Source of the DNA: Proteromonas lacertae
Lineage: Eukaryota
Direction: 5' to 3'
NCBI GenBank assembly: GCA_002245135.1
Contig: NGBS01000592.1
Location: forward strand, 62,001-126,000
DNA length: 64,000 nucleotides
How positions within the stretch are numbered: the first letter of the stretch is position 1; every line of letters starts with the position of its first letter. Shown in pieces: positions 50,931 to 64,000 of the stretch. A program made the translations under genes and the position numbers. The notes beneath the pieces were generated by a model. It was not told the origin of the DNA and did no database searches. It saw only the letters and a list, made by a program, of their open reading frames with translations.

Positions 50931-51641
50931 ATGCCAAAGAAGTCGCATCCATTCGCATTGACTATGTTTGCTAGTCATGTTATTTCTAGCAATGTCCCCA
51001 CAGATTATAATGTATGTTTATCATCAATCATTTAATAGACTTTGGTTGATAGATCGTATAAAAATCCAGGAACTAGATACAAAGCAGAAGTACCACCTCA
51101 CAAAAATCATTCTGACTATGAAGCATTCGGAACTGGCAAAAAAGGTACATACTCAACAACTACAGGTACAACATACACAGAACAATATTCAACACTTGCT
51201 CCAACATATGAAAAAACCATACCTAAGACAAATATAACCAACTCTATGTGTTCTCAGTTTGTACTAGGTAGACAGCCAATGCGTATTAATTAATTGTTTA
51301 TTTTTTATATATTATCAATAGACTATGAATCTACAACAATGTATGAAACTCAAAATCCAAGAGATCGAACAATACCAAAACAACCTCCATTAAAACCACG
51401 TCAAGATTTAGAAGGAGGTACAAATATAGTATCAGGTCTACCACGAATCCCACAACGTCAGCCAGGAATAAAAACCAGTAGTGATCATGCTTTTGCAAGA
51501 CAAGTGAATGGTCAAAGATATAATATAATTTCTGGACAAATGGATCCGATTCAAAGAGCACCTCCATTACAGCTAACTCCACCTGCTGATCCTCCGCTTC
51601 ATACACTGTATCCTGTTAGACCACCCAATTTTTGTCAATAA
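50931..51641 (+). CDS. Hypothetical Pro/Thr-rich protein, multi-exon
   Basis: ORFs 51042-51293 and 51294-51641 separated by gtat...tag introns; higher-GC coding composition. Confidence 0.55.
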
Positions 51642-51767
51642 ATTAAATTCATTAGTAAAATTTATTTATTTATTTTAATGAAATACGTGTTTGTAAATGG
51701 TTTATATAAAAAATTAATATTAATATTAATATTTTAATATAAAATGATAATTAATCCACTATTTCCA

Positions 51768-53104
51768 TTATATTCTACCTACTATCTCATCATATTCATC
51801 TATTAACACACTTGAAAACTTAGCAATAGGCGAAAAGTATGTAATATCATCCATTTCATTTTCACTTCTTACCACATATCCACCCATAGTTATAACAGCA
51901 GCAATAGCACTAGTGTTCATATGATTATTTTCAGAGTGTTTTGATAGTTCACTATAGAATTTAAATAACAGATAATAATAATATCTTGTTTGCATCGCAT
52001 ATATGGGTTAATATATTCACCCAAACGTCTTTATATTGTTTTTCTTGCTCTTTAACAGATGATTCTGAGTTTATATCAGTTTTTTGGTTAATTTCAATAA
52101 TTTCTTCATAGTATGACTTAGGAACGAGTGGTATTGATAAATGTCTTAATAAATTCTATTGTAAATAAATATTATGAAAGTATTAAAAAAATATATAAAT
52201 ACTTTTAAAATTGATGATACTTCATGACAAGTAATCTTACTAAAATCAGGTAATTCAGATAATTGTTTATTATCATTCAATATTAAATGAATACTTTCTT
52301 TCACAATTTTAGCACTGCCTGGTACTCTTAACAAATGTTCAACGTCATAATAATTCTGTAGAAATTTAATACATTCTTCAAAATATGGAGGAAGAGTATT
52401 GTTATTTGCTTGATAATATTGAAGTAAATCGATTTTGAAGTTTTCATCTTTTATTTCACTTATTACTACATCACGAGGCTATATTTATATTTATATTTAT
52501 ATTATATATACTTCTAATATTCCATCTTCATAATTTATCAACCAATTTGGTAAATTTAGTGATAATTCAGGGTATTGAGACTTTAAATCTTCTACTGAAT
52601 AATCATAATTAATTTTTCTATAGAATTTTGCACTTATAAATGGTCTTAAAAATGCAAAGAATAAACGGATTGTGAATGAAGGATGTAGAATTCTTAATAC
52701 CTTAATATTCTTTCTAAATCGTCTTGGTAATGATGATAAAGTGTTTTTAAACCATGAGAAATAGCTTCTGTTGAAGAAACTCATTCCAGCATGACAATAT
52801 ATTAGTATATAAGGCATATTTGTAATTTGATTCATTACCTTTATAAAAAGCAACAAACCTTTGTGAAGATCATCTGGAGTCTCTGTATCCAAATGATAAG
52901 GGATAAAAACGATAACAGGCATTTTGAGATGCTGACCATTAACATCACCTTCATGCATACCTATTCATTATCATTAACAAAAACAATACCACAACAATAT
53001 ATGACATTTCTCTCTTCTATCTTTGATAAATCAGTTCTTTTTGCTTCTTCTAACAGCTGCTCAAATAAATCTGGATCAGGAGGTGGATTTGCTTGTTCAG
53101 TCAT
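51768..53104 (-). CDS. BCH (CRAL-TRIO)-RhoGAP protein, ARHGAP1/p50RhoGAP-like
   Basis: PYILIYCH...LPRRFRKNIKVLRILHPS...PFISAKFYRKI; LLRVPGS arginine finger; HEVSSILK; NHMNTSAIA. Confidence 0.85.
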
Positions 53105-53160
53105 TCAGTAATTCAAAAAATACTATTTTCTTCTTTAAATAAAACGAGTATATTTTTTGA

Positions 53161-53967
53161 ATGAATTATTTTTTTGCCAATTTAATACTACTGTGTTTGT
53201 TAATTGTTCCATCTTTTTACTTTTTCATCCCATATAGACTACTGGTATTCAATGATAGATATCTTATACCAAAACACAACACACCAGCAGTAATCAATAA
53301 GACGAATTCCTCTGTGTTAGTAGTTTATGCAACATGTGGAAGAAAGTATCACTTTTCAATTGAAAGAAGTATATTTCCTACACACAAACTAGAATGTAAT
53401 CCAAACACAAATTATAGAGATGCAAGGGAAGGTGGATTATTTCTAGATTTTATAATTCAAACATACAATAATCCTCTTGCTGAAAAGTATATATTCGCTC
53501 AAGGACATGATAATGCCAGTCATTATCGTGTAGACTTTTGGGAAAGAATAAAATACCTTTCGACAACTGAATATTTTCAAAACAATAAGTGTGGTGCTAT
53601 TTATTGTGATTATCATCATTTCGGTGTTGAAGAAGAAGCATTACCACTGTTAAATCTTGGTTTTGCAGTGAATGAGTATTTATTGGACAATCGTATAACG
53701 AAAGTGAATATATTTATACATGATAAACGCAAAGATGATATTCCATGCTGTTCTACATTCTTTGTTACTCCAGAGTTAATTAGAAGAACTCCTTTGAGTG
53801 AATATAAGAGAATTAGACAGGCATTAATTGAATATATATCTGCTAATGGTGATAAAAATGCACCAAATCAAGGTGAAAATTATAACGCAGGGATATATTT
53901 GGAATATGCTTGGTTTTTGTTTTTTAAGCTTAAAAGTATTCCTAAACCGCCATGTGAGAGTAGTTAG
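53161..53967 (+). CDS. DUF3431-like type II membrane protein
   Basis: REGGLFLDFII..Y, YIFAQGH, PCCSTFFVTPELIRRTPLSEY, GIYLEYAWFLFF; N-terminal TM; intronless. Confidence 0.72.
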   Translation: MNYFFANLILLCLLIVPSFYFFIPYRLLVFNDRYLIPKHNTPAVINKTNSSVLVVYATCGRKYHFSIERSIFPTHKLECNPNTNYRDAREGGLFLDFIIQTYNNPLAEKYIFAQGHDNASHYRVDFWERIKYLSTTEYFQNNKCGAIYCDYHHFGVEEEALPLLNLGFAVNEYLLDNRITKVNIFIHDKRKDDIPCCSTFFVTPELIRRTPLSEYKRIRQALIEYISANGDKNAPNQGENYNAGIYLEYAWFLFFKLKSIPKPPCESS

Positions 53968-54075
53968 ATTAGTAATTAAGATAATTTAATGATTGTTGTA
54001 TTTTGAATGAATTTTTTCTTGAATCTGTCGCTGTAACGGTCAAAATTATTTTGAATTATTCGTTTTCTATTATTT

Positions 54076-56349
54076 ATGAAGCTGTTTTACAGTATAGACA
54101 ATATATATCATTTATTTAGTTTGTTTGTTGTCTGTTTTAGTAGTTCAGTTGGTCGTTTGCAGTAACGAAGTGGAAATAGAGTCAAAAGAAAAGAAAAGTG
54201 GTGTTACCTCCACAGAAAATAGAAGAAGTGTAACTGATACTTTCAGTTATGTAGGAGGGTTAGAAGGCATAGCTTACTTGATATCAAGCAGTAAATTTGT
54301 TGCAGTTCAAAGAAGTGTAGATTATTTATATAAAATAGTTTATTCTCATACAACTTCAAAGACTGGAGATAAAATAACCTTCACAGTTGGAGATTTAGAC
54401 AAAAGTCTGACTCTTTTCCATTTTTCAAGTGATTTTGTTAGTGAATTGGATGAAAAATGTAAGATTGACAGTAAATTAAACTATAATTACACGTATACTT
54501 ATTAAATTCACTATGTAATAGTCAAATAACAGATGCAAAACAGTGTGATGATATAAAGACAAAGGTGGCTAATATTATAAACAGTATATCAAAGCCAGAT
54601 AGTATAACAAACAACATATTAACACTGAAATCATCAGATGAAGTTGAATTATCTACATTATGTATATATCCACCTATTAATAAATATTTATAAATAGTAA
54701 GTGAAGGTGAATTGAATTACAAAATAGAAAACACTCTATATCCATCCCAATCTGTAACACCATACATCTTTTATTCATATAAAACCAAAATAGAAATTGA
54801 CAAAGTAAATGTAACAAATAGTGAAGATGGTTCAACCTCAATTGTAACAGTAACAAGAAACATATATGATTTAATGATGGAACATCAAAAATATTCAATT
54901 TTAAAGAAAACTTCTTCAATCAGTGATGTGATTGAATTTACATATACATCCACTCCATTTATATTTGTCAATAATGATGGTAGAACTTACACTGAAGCAA
55001 CAAGTGATTATTCACAAGCTGTTTATTATTATTGTTTAAATTCAGATTGTAAGTATATTTGTGAAATGTATAATGATGTTAATAATCCAACTGAATGGAC
55101 GAATTCATTGGTGAATAAATGTTATGAAGTTACATCAAGAGCTGTTTCTGTACCACTCTTTAATAAAGCATATGAAGATATTAGTAAGGAAGTAAAAACA
55201 TCAGTTTCTAGTAATAATGAAAGAATATTGAAAATATCAAATAATTATATTAACAATGTATTAAAAGAAGATGATTATGATAATAAAAATGTAAAAGCAA
55301 GTAATGGTAAAGGTTATTATTATGAAGATATAAAACAAACAATTAATTCAAATGATTTGGGCTATTATAAAGGTTATTTCTTATTGAATAATAAATTAAC
55401 AATTATTGAACATACAGGTGCTACAAGACAAGAAAAAGTATCACAAATTAAATTGGTTAAAGAACTGAACAGTGAAACTCGTATATATATATATATTAAT
55501 TTTTAAATATAGATTCATTTGCCATTAATGATGTTGATGATTTTGATGATGAATCATGTGGAATTGAAGTAGCAGCTGGTGAAGGAAATTGTACAGGATT
55601 TGTAACATTTGATAAAATTACTGAATGTGATATAAATATAGATAATTATTTAAATAACTATATTGGCTATATGTTTAATGTAAGTGAAGATAAAACTTCA
55701 TTGATAATCACTAATATTGATGATAGAAAGAATATAAAGAATATATATTTGAAAGAAATTGGTATATATATATATATATATATATAATTATAAATGTATT
55801 ATAGATGAGAGTGAAATAAGTGGTATTATTTCTAGAATAAGTAAAGATGTATTACCAATTAGTGAAAAGAGTAAATGTATAAACGTAAAAGTAAATGAAA
55901 CAGTCACTTTAGGTTATGATTATAAAGATAAAAATGAATGGATTTCAAATGGAATAATAATTGATGATCAAAAGTTTTACAAAAAGATGAGTTTTATATT
56001 AGAAAATATTAATTGTTTATCATGTCAAGAAAGTTATTTTGAATCAGGGAGTGGTAAATATTATTATCAATATTCAGTGAATGATGTAAAATATTATAAA
56101 TCAGATAATAATCCATTTTATCGAAGTTTTTATGAATTAAAAGGTGAAGATTTTGTTGATTGTGAAAATGATTATAAAACAAAAGGAATAAAACATTTTG
56201 ATGATAATTTAGAAACAATAAGAAAATTACTTCCAACTAATTCCAGTAGTTCTGGTAAAGATGAAGAAGATGGAAAACAGAATAATGAATCGAATTGTTA
56301 TGGAATTGTTTTTTCATTAATTATATTGACATTTTTGTTATTATTTTAA
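54076..56349 (+). CDS. Orphan secreted surface protein, probably GPI- or C-terminally anchored; multi-exon
   Basis: N-terminal hydrophobic signal, several exons joined by ~30 nt introns, ends SNCYGIVFSLIILTFLLLF*. Confidence 0.6.
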
Positions 56350-56622
56350 AGATATTATTGTTATTATATTTTAATTAGTTTGAATTGTTTTTTGTAATTA
56401 TCAGAAGTACAACTTATATGAAGTTGATAAACTGCTTTAATAATGTTGTATTTTTTTTCAGATAATCCATCTATTTTGATTTATCTATATCTTCTTTAAT
56501 TGTAATTGATAGTTCATCTAAATAATCAAACATTTTTTTTTCTTTTCACCAATCAAACAAAAAACACTTTAAAGTAATATATTCGATTAAAATAAGTAAT
56601 ATAAGAAGAAATAATAAATTTT

Positions 56623-59600
56623 CTATAAGAAGGCTTTTAATAACAATAATCCAACATTTCCAGCTACTGATTTCGCCAAAATTACAGTTGGTTCTTGAAT
56701 TATCATATCAATTACAAAGGATATTAAGCAGCTAATTATCCAGTGTTTACTTTGACTACTACTGAATTTCACTCCATACAATAAATCAATATAAATAACT
56801 ATCACCAAATATACGAAACATATTCCAAATGCACATCCACTTAATATATTTCTAATTCGTTTCTGTTCATACCATAATTTATATTCATTTCGACGTTTTA
56901 CTCGACTATTTAATAAATATTTTTTACAATTCATCTGAATTTTTATTAATTTCTTTAAATCTTCCACATTTTTATATCTATCAACATTTTCAACATCATA
57001 TACATCATTCTCATCATCATATACACTGTTTTCTATACTATAAATCTTATTTTTATTATATTTAAACATCATCAAATCACTTATTACTAAGACTATACTG
57101 ATCATTAAATAGATGAATGAACTAAATATCATTATCATTGCATAAGTTGTCATTTTATCATAAATAAGTTTATTACAACTCACTACATCATTACTCATTA
57201 TATATTCATTATCAACACAGTAACTATGACTGTTATAATCATTTATATCATAAAAACCACAACAATTCAACTCACTTTCTATATTGTTAGTAATTTCCTT
57301 AAATATATTTGAATTTACTCCAAATTGCCATAATTTATATACAAATGAATTATTAGTATTATGACTAGCCAATGGAATTGAGATTCCTAAACTAATTGCT
57401 AATAATACAATGATGACAAAATGTTCTATTAAATTACCTATTATACTTTGTTTATTCATTTTTAAAATAGCATATACACCATGGAAATTACATAACATCA
57501 TTACTATCATTATTACTCCAATTACTATACCTAATAAGTTGAATTTTGTTACGCATAAAGCCAATATTAACAGTATTATACTCATTATTACAGAGATTGT
57601 ACTGATTATTATATACCAATTATCAATGTTTAAGATTTCTCTTCTTCTCTTTATATTCTCTTTGTTATTTGTATTTGTATTTGTTGTTGTTACATTATCT
57701 GATATTGGAATACTGGAGAATTCAGTTTCCTTTTTATTACCATTACTATTAAAACAATTACAAAGTAATTTACATATTGTTGGATTTAACACTTTCTTCT
57801 TATTCTTCTTTCTCAATCCTTTCAAAGTGAAGTTATTAGCATAATAGAATAATCTTGGTAAGATTATTGTCACTGGTAACATACATAAACAACTAATTAT
57901 TCCATTTCCTAACATTTGATTCAAATTCTCACTGTTACTTCCGTAGAATAAAGCTAATACTGCAAAGTTAGTTAAAATAGTTGATAGTAAAATCAACATT
58001 CTTTCACTTCTTGATACTATTGTATAAGCACTAATTGGAGCAATAAATACATTTGCATAGTGATATTCTCGTTTAAATATCTCGAAATATCTCTTACAAA
58101 ATGACATTGATTCATCAGTGTAAATCTTCATTGAATCTTCTTCTATTTTCCCTCTTTTTAAGTATAAATTAAATCTTTCTTCTTCTAACATTTCTCTTTG
58201 TTTTTTACTTAAATAATAAATCACAACCCAGCAAACGAAGAACAGTAATATAATACCACTAAATACTAATGGAATAGTGATATTACTGTTATTATATTTG
58301 AATAATAACTTTGCATCACTAATTGGATTGACTACATTCATTTTAGGTATTGATTTACTGATAAATCCACTAAATTTTGATAAATGAATTGTACCACAAG
58401 TTAATATAACATCTCCATTATCATCTTCATATATTTCAAAGACATAAGTACCATTCGTAGAATATTCTTTTTTTTCTTCATCATAATAACTACATTGTAC
58501 TTCTTTAAGATTAACATTACCACTTAATCTTTGACTAAATATGATTGGATTGTTTAATTCGGTCACTTTTACATTCTTATTACCATCATATCTAATACTG
58601 ATTGATAATAAACTACTTTCTTTTGTATTGTTATCTTTAAATAAATTCTCATTATAATTAATCATTTCTATACCTTGAACAGGTCCTAATTCCTTTATTT
58701 CTTTAAATGTTTCTTCATTTATATCGATTTTACCACCATTATTATCTTTAATCTCTTTACTTATATCATTCACTACTTTTACTCCAAAATTATCTCCATT
58801 AAATTCAATCTCATTTTCATCTTCTATTATATTATGTATAGTTTTATCTAAATCATCATTACTTACTTTCTCATCAGATAATACTCTTTCATTTTCATTT
58901 ACAGTCTCCAAGTATCTTTTAGTTGATATAATATTACTCGTTGTAAATAATAAATTCATTTTACTGTCAGTATTTGTTGAAATACCAGCTGTTGATCTCA
59001 ATCTTCTACTTCTTCTTATTCTTTTTAATCCTTCAAGTGTATTATCAATTGATTTCTTTATATTTAATATACTATTAGCATCAATTTCACTGGTTGAACT
59101 ACTTAAATCCTTTAATAACTTGCTAGAGGATGCTAAATCATCAACACTACCACTACTACCTGTAGTTTTTGATGTAATAGTATCAGCCATAGTCTGTAAG
59201 AATTTACTTCTTAATTCTTTTCTTTGATTAAATGTAATTTCATTCATATTACACTCCACTCCATGATAATCTTTATCACATTCACAATATCTATAACAAT
59301 TAGGTTCACCTTCATAACACATAGTGTTATTATCATTATATTTACATATTCCATTGTCATTACAAGGTTTACCTATTATATTACCTTCTATATCTCTTAC
59401 TGTACCTGGACATAACATTTCGTTTCTTTTACAACTTATACTACATTCAACTGTTTCTTTACTTTCACCTACACATTTTTTACCACTTTCTGAAGGTAAT
59501 GGATTATTACACTTCCTTCTTCTTAATTTAGTACCTTTTACTAAACCATATTTCCCATTTTCATATTTAGCTGAACATTCACTATATTTACTCCATTCAC

Positions 59601-61179
59601 TCCATCCACCATCTATTTCTGAAGTACATTTCTCTTTTTCACATTCAATAGTTTCAGTAGAAGTTCCAACACAATCTTTACCACCATATCTTGGAGTTGG
59701 ATTATTACATTTTCTTGTTCTTGTCTTTGTCCCTTTACCACAACTTACATTGCATTCACCATAATCACTCCATTCACTCCATCCACCATCAATAGCATTT
59801 GGTTTATCACAATAATCACCTTCATAACCTTCATCACATATACATTCACCATTATCTTTGTTACATTTACCATATACACATTTCACATTGGCACATTTAT
59901 CTCCTAATACTGTTATACCACTAGTCATGGCATCTACTATTTTTTGAGTATTACCATTCTTTACAATTTCTTCAAATTCATTCTTTATATTTATTACTTC
60001 TTTTAATTCATCATATCCTCTATTACATTCTTGTTTTTCTCTTTCACCTGGTGTTAATGTAATTTTGAAATAATCTAAATAAATACCTTCTACTAATGCT
60101 GTTTTGATTGTTGTTACTTCATTCTTTGTTATAGTTTTAATAGGTGTTATTCTAGCACTTGTAAGTAAATATTTATTGGGAACTATTGCATATAGAATAT
60201 CAATTGCTTCTGAACTAGTAACACTTGCACCATCATAATACCACATCAATTCTGAATGTGTTCCAATGTTAAAATACATAACTATTTCTATAGTTTCATC
60301 ATTATATAATACTGATGGATTTGGTGTAACTAACTGAATGATTGGTGATTTTACAGTGGATGGAATTGGTGTAATTTCTTCAATAACATAATACATATTG
60401 GGTAAATCAATAACCAAGTAATTTAAATCATATGTTTCAAGGCAAAAGGTGATGTTGAATATATGAAGACTTTCAGTGAACTTCTTATCATCTTCCATTT
60501 TGAATTTCATTTCTAATTTGTAATATTTACCTTCCTGTTTGAATGTATTATCTTCATAATTGATTATAAGTGTGTTTGACAATGAAGTATTCTGGATTAC
60601 TGGATATAATTTAACATCTCTTGTTGGAGGTAAGGCTAAGTAAAACTCAACTTCATGTTCTTCACCTTCTTTACCACAAACGTATGGATTAATTATTAAA
60701 CTGGCTTTGTCAGGATTATAAACCATTATCTCTATATTTCTATATTTACCAGCATATTCTCCTGCACCTACTAATTTGATTTTTATTGTATCTACGTATT
60801 GAGCTTTGCTGTTTTTATCAGTACTATCGGTTGTTAAAGTAAATTCCTTTTCTTTTTCTCCTGAGGGAATATCCATTGATTCTCCTGATTGATGGAATAA
60901 ACCTGATGGTGAATCTACCAAGACAGTTAATAAAGCAGTTGCAGGATTTGACAATGTCACTTTTATCTTGATAACATCATTTTTATCATATATAAATTTT
61001 TCATCTGATGATATATCAACAGCAAATGAAGGGCTTGCTGCTCTTGATGCTGAGTCTTGTAAGGATCTTTCAGTTCGTTTAAAGTGCTTTTCATTATCTA
61101 TTTAAATTAATTCATCTCAAAATATACTTGGAAATGCTAAAGCAAATATGATCAAAAAAGCTAAGATAAGGTTTTTCAT
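56623..61179 (-). CDS. Polycystin-1/REJ-like membrane receptor: signal peptide, EGF, 2x TSP1, EGF, GAIN/GPS, multiple TMs with tetraspanin-like insert
   Basis: DGGWSEWS..C x2; CSYYD...STNG...CGTIHLSKF GPS; SRSERMLILL...ALFY and LYGVKF...WIISCLISF...QEP PKD1-type TMs; first exon MKNLILAFLIIFALAFP. Confidence 0.8.
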
Positions 61180-61559
61180 TAAAATGATTTTTGTATAACC
61201 GAAATAAGAATTTAGCCGTTTTAGAATAGTCTTTTATTCGTTACATCGTTTTAAGTTGCATATAAAGTATTAAATAGTATATGCATATCTATCGTAAGTA
61301 TATCACACATTATGAAACACATTTAAGGTAAAAAATCTATTATTGTATTTATGAAATAATTAAACAAAAATAGTTAACAGCCATTATGCTAAAGTATGTC
61401 GTATGATGGGATTGATGTAAAAATATATAGAGATTATACATTCGAACCTCATTTCATTTCATTACTCTATAACTCTTATTCGATATTTTATTAGTTATAT
61501 TACACACAAAAATAATATACATAGAGGATTAAATTAGAGTTTTTCATACATGGAACTAT

Positions 61560-62647
61560 TTAATCAGTATTAAACACATTATAAACAGATTCACTATTTT
61601 TTTTATTGACAAAATGATTTGAATTGTCATATAAGAGAAACTCACCACTTAATGATAAATTTTTAATGTTTCTATATTCATTTCTTAACGAAAATGGAGT
61701 AGGATATTTATCAATAACATTTTTCACTTGCAGAACTCCCATTCCTTTGATTTGACTTAATTGTTGACCAAAATATTCTTTTAATTTCAAGTCTTTCATT
61801 GACTTTATATATTCACAATAATTCACAAATAATGTTGGTGGATTGCTCAAAACATTCTTGCATAAATCTTCAATTTTATTATTTTTCATCTCATTTGCTA
61901 TTATATTATGTATTGTACTTAAAAATTCTATTGTTCCATCAATACTAACAGTCCTTTCTATCATAAATCCATCTTTTATTTCTGTATGAATTATTGAAGA
62001 TTCTAATGTCTCTTTTGGAACTTTATCTTGACTGTATATACTTCCTTCTATTAAATAGATTATATGATGAAGACCGCTATTCTTTAGTCTATATTTCTGC
62101 TCATTATATCTTCCATCAAATATACTATGGATTAAATCATCACTTGTTTTTCTTTCTATTATATAATCTGTTAATATTTCTATTCCACTTCTTTTATCTT
62201 TTATTATCCATTGATAATCTCCTAATGGTAATTGGCATGTTCTACAATTTATTTTTCGATTTAATAAATGAGTGTGGATATAAGTTCTATCTTCTTTACT
62301 TCTCATTTCTCTATTATCTACTAATAATATCAATTCGAAATTATCTTTGATAATATTATTATTATCTTCTGAATAATCGTTTAATAAAGATATTGCACAT
62401 TCATCGATTGGTAATACATATTCTGATTCAACTATTCTTTCCTTTTTATTCAGTCTTCTTCTCTTGGTTGTGTTTCTTACCTTTTTAATCACATTTTCAT
62501 TATTCATATTATTCTCTTTATCACTTTCATTATCTTCCTCATCAACTATTCTATCTTTTATCATTTTAGATATTATTGAAGCATTCTGCATACCTATTCC
62601 ATCTAAAAGAAGAGCATCTTCTTTTGATTCTATTGGGAGCGGATATC
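61560..62647 (-). CDS. MUS81: Crossover junction endonuclease MUS81, ERCC4 and HhH domains (3' exon)
   Basis: LLVDNRE, LPLGDYQW, IIERKTSDDLIHSIFDGRYNEQKYRL, IYLIEG, QLSQIKGMG...YPTP. Confidence 0.9.
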
Positions 62648-63086
62648 TAGATTAATTACATAATTTCTACATACAATGTAATTGATTTGATTATTTTCTT
62701 ATAAGAATAGAGACTTTTTGAGAATGAAAAGACTTGGGATGAATTTAAAGTATGATATCTTTGAATCAATGAATCAACAATAAATTGGTTTTCTTTACAT
62801 GAACAAATATAGGAGTGTTTCATGGGATTTAAAATTTAAAATTCAAAAAAGTAACGAATATATTTCTATAAATTAGAGAAAAAACACATATAAACAGTAT
62901 AAATAGTATTTATTCAGAATTTAAAGTCTTAAACAGTAGGTACTTCTCTTTACACTCAGAATTCTGCTGAAGTTGTGTTATTTGTCTATTAAATTGAGAT
63001 TGTATATAAGAAATATCGTCATTCTGTTTGTGTAAATTGTAATGTATTTCACCCAATTTCGATAAGAAATTTAAATGTCTTTCTAT

Positions 63087-63773
63087 TTATGATAAATACA
63101 ATAAAATTTCATAATATATACTTAGATTTGGTAAATTCGATTTAATAGGTTGTTGTTGTTGTTGTTGTTGATATTGTTTGTTAATATTTTCTTTATTATC
63201 ATTATTATTTATCATATTTATTTGATGAACTGATTGTGGAGATATATTATTTATATTATTCATTATTTCTATATTCTCTTTATCTTTATCTTTATCTTTA
63301 TCTTCTATTACCTCATTTTCTTCTTCATTCTCATTTTCTATTTCATTTTTTATTACTTCATTATTTCTGTTACTATTGCTATTATCATCAGATATTTCAA
63401 TATTATCTTCATCAAATAACAACTCTTTAGATATAGATGGACTAATATTACTACTATCACCCCATGTATAACTCGAATCTGATTGGCTATTTGGAAATAT
63501 TGAATAAAGTGAAGAAGATTTTGAAGAATTAGGAGAAATTCTTTTATCTATTGTAGGAGTTGTTTGAGTATAATTAACATTATTTTCTTGTGAATATATC
63601 ATATTTATATTTGATTCTTTGATATTGTCTAGTTGAGGTTGATATGGAGAATAATGAAGTGATTGAGGAGAAGTTGATTTTATATTTTTCATTGGAGTGG
63701 TTAGATTTACAGATTCAAAAGATTCATACTGGTTTTCTACCTCTATTTTTGTAACTTCATCTTCTTCAAGCAA
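63087..63773 (-). CDS. Low-complexity S/N/E-rich coding region, possibly upstream exon(s) of MUS81; continues beyond window
   Basis: 228 aa ORF on the same strand directly upstream; splice path across 62650-63085 not resolved. Confidence 0.45.
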   Translation of the reverse strand: MLEEDEVTKIEVENQYESFESVNLTTPMKNIKSTSPQSLHYSPYQPQLDNIKESNINMIYSQENNVNYTQTTPTIDKRISPNSSKSSSLYSIFPNSQSDSSYTWGDSSNISPSISKELLFDEDNIEISDDNSNSNRNNEVIKNEIENENEEENEVIEDKDKDKDKENIEIMNNINNISPQSVHQINMINNNDNKENINKQYQQQQQQQPIKSNLPNLSIYYEILLYLS

Positions 63774-64000
63774 ATTTAGTGTTCCATATTCGATATAGCA
63801 ATAATTTTGGTTTGGTATCTATATTTTATTACGATTATATTTATATGAAATTAATACATAAGAATGTTTGAAGACAAACTCTTTTATTAGCTCATTGTAG
63901 TATTTTTCACTCTCAATGTATGTTGTACAATCATTATTGCTATTCTAAATATTTGTATAATATTATATACTAGATTTTCTAACATATGAAACATGAGAGA

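Noticed and set aside
1856..61600. Blastocystis-style stop codons completed by polyadenylation
   Set aside because: Every gene I could model to its end has a genomic stop codon; no case supported without cDNA

Overview
Very AT-rich, gene-dense eukaryotic nuclear DNA in the standard genetic code, with 25-35 nt GT-AG micro-introns. The intron size, complex I subunit, mastigoneme-family protein and bacterial-type enzymes suggest an anaerobic gut stramenopile related to Blastocystis or Proteromonas (inference). Host genes include a PP2A B56-like subunit, a Cu/Zn-SOD-like pseudoenzyme, UPF3, a bacterial-type UDP-galactopyranose mutase, a HERC-like RCC1/SPRY/FN3/HECT ligase, NDUFA8, BCH-RhoGAP, DUF3431, a polycystin-1-like GPS receptor with an embedded tetraspanin-like module, and MUS81. 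An 8-copy tandem array of membrane proteins is interrupted by a YqhD-like alcohol dehydrogenase. The most striking part is 6.3-26.5 kb, where a ~2.4 kb inverted segmental duplication (mastigoneme/EGF gene, methyltransferase, 5' acyl-CoA ligase) brackets a ~13.4 kb foreign-looking block. That block holds a Crinkler/RHS-like tandem NTPase+REase gene, three orphan genes and a decayed Polinton/Maverick-type protein-primed DNA polymerase B. The polymerase ORF is interrupted by a 622-bp TGTTG...CAACA foldback element with a 6-bp target-site duplication. Many 1-bp frameshifts in host genes may be assembly errors.
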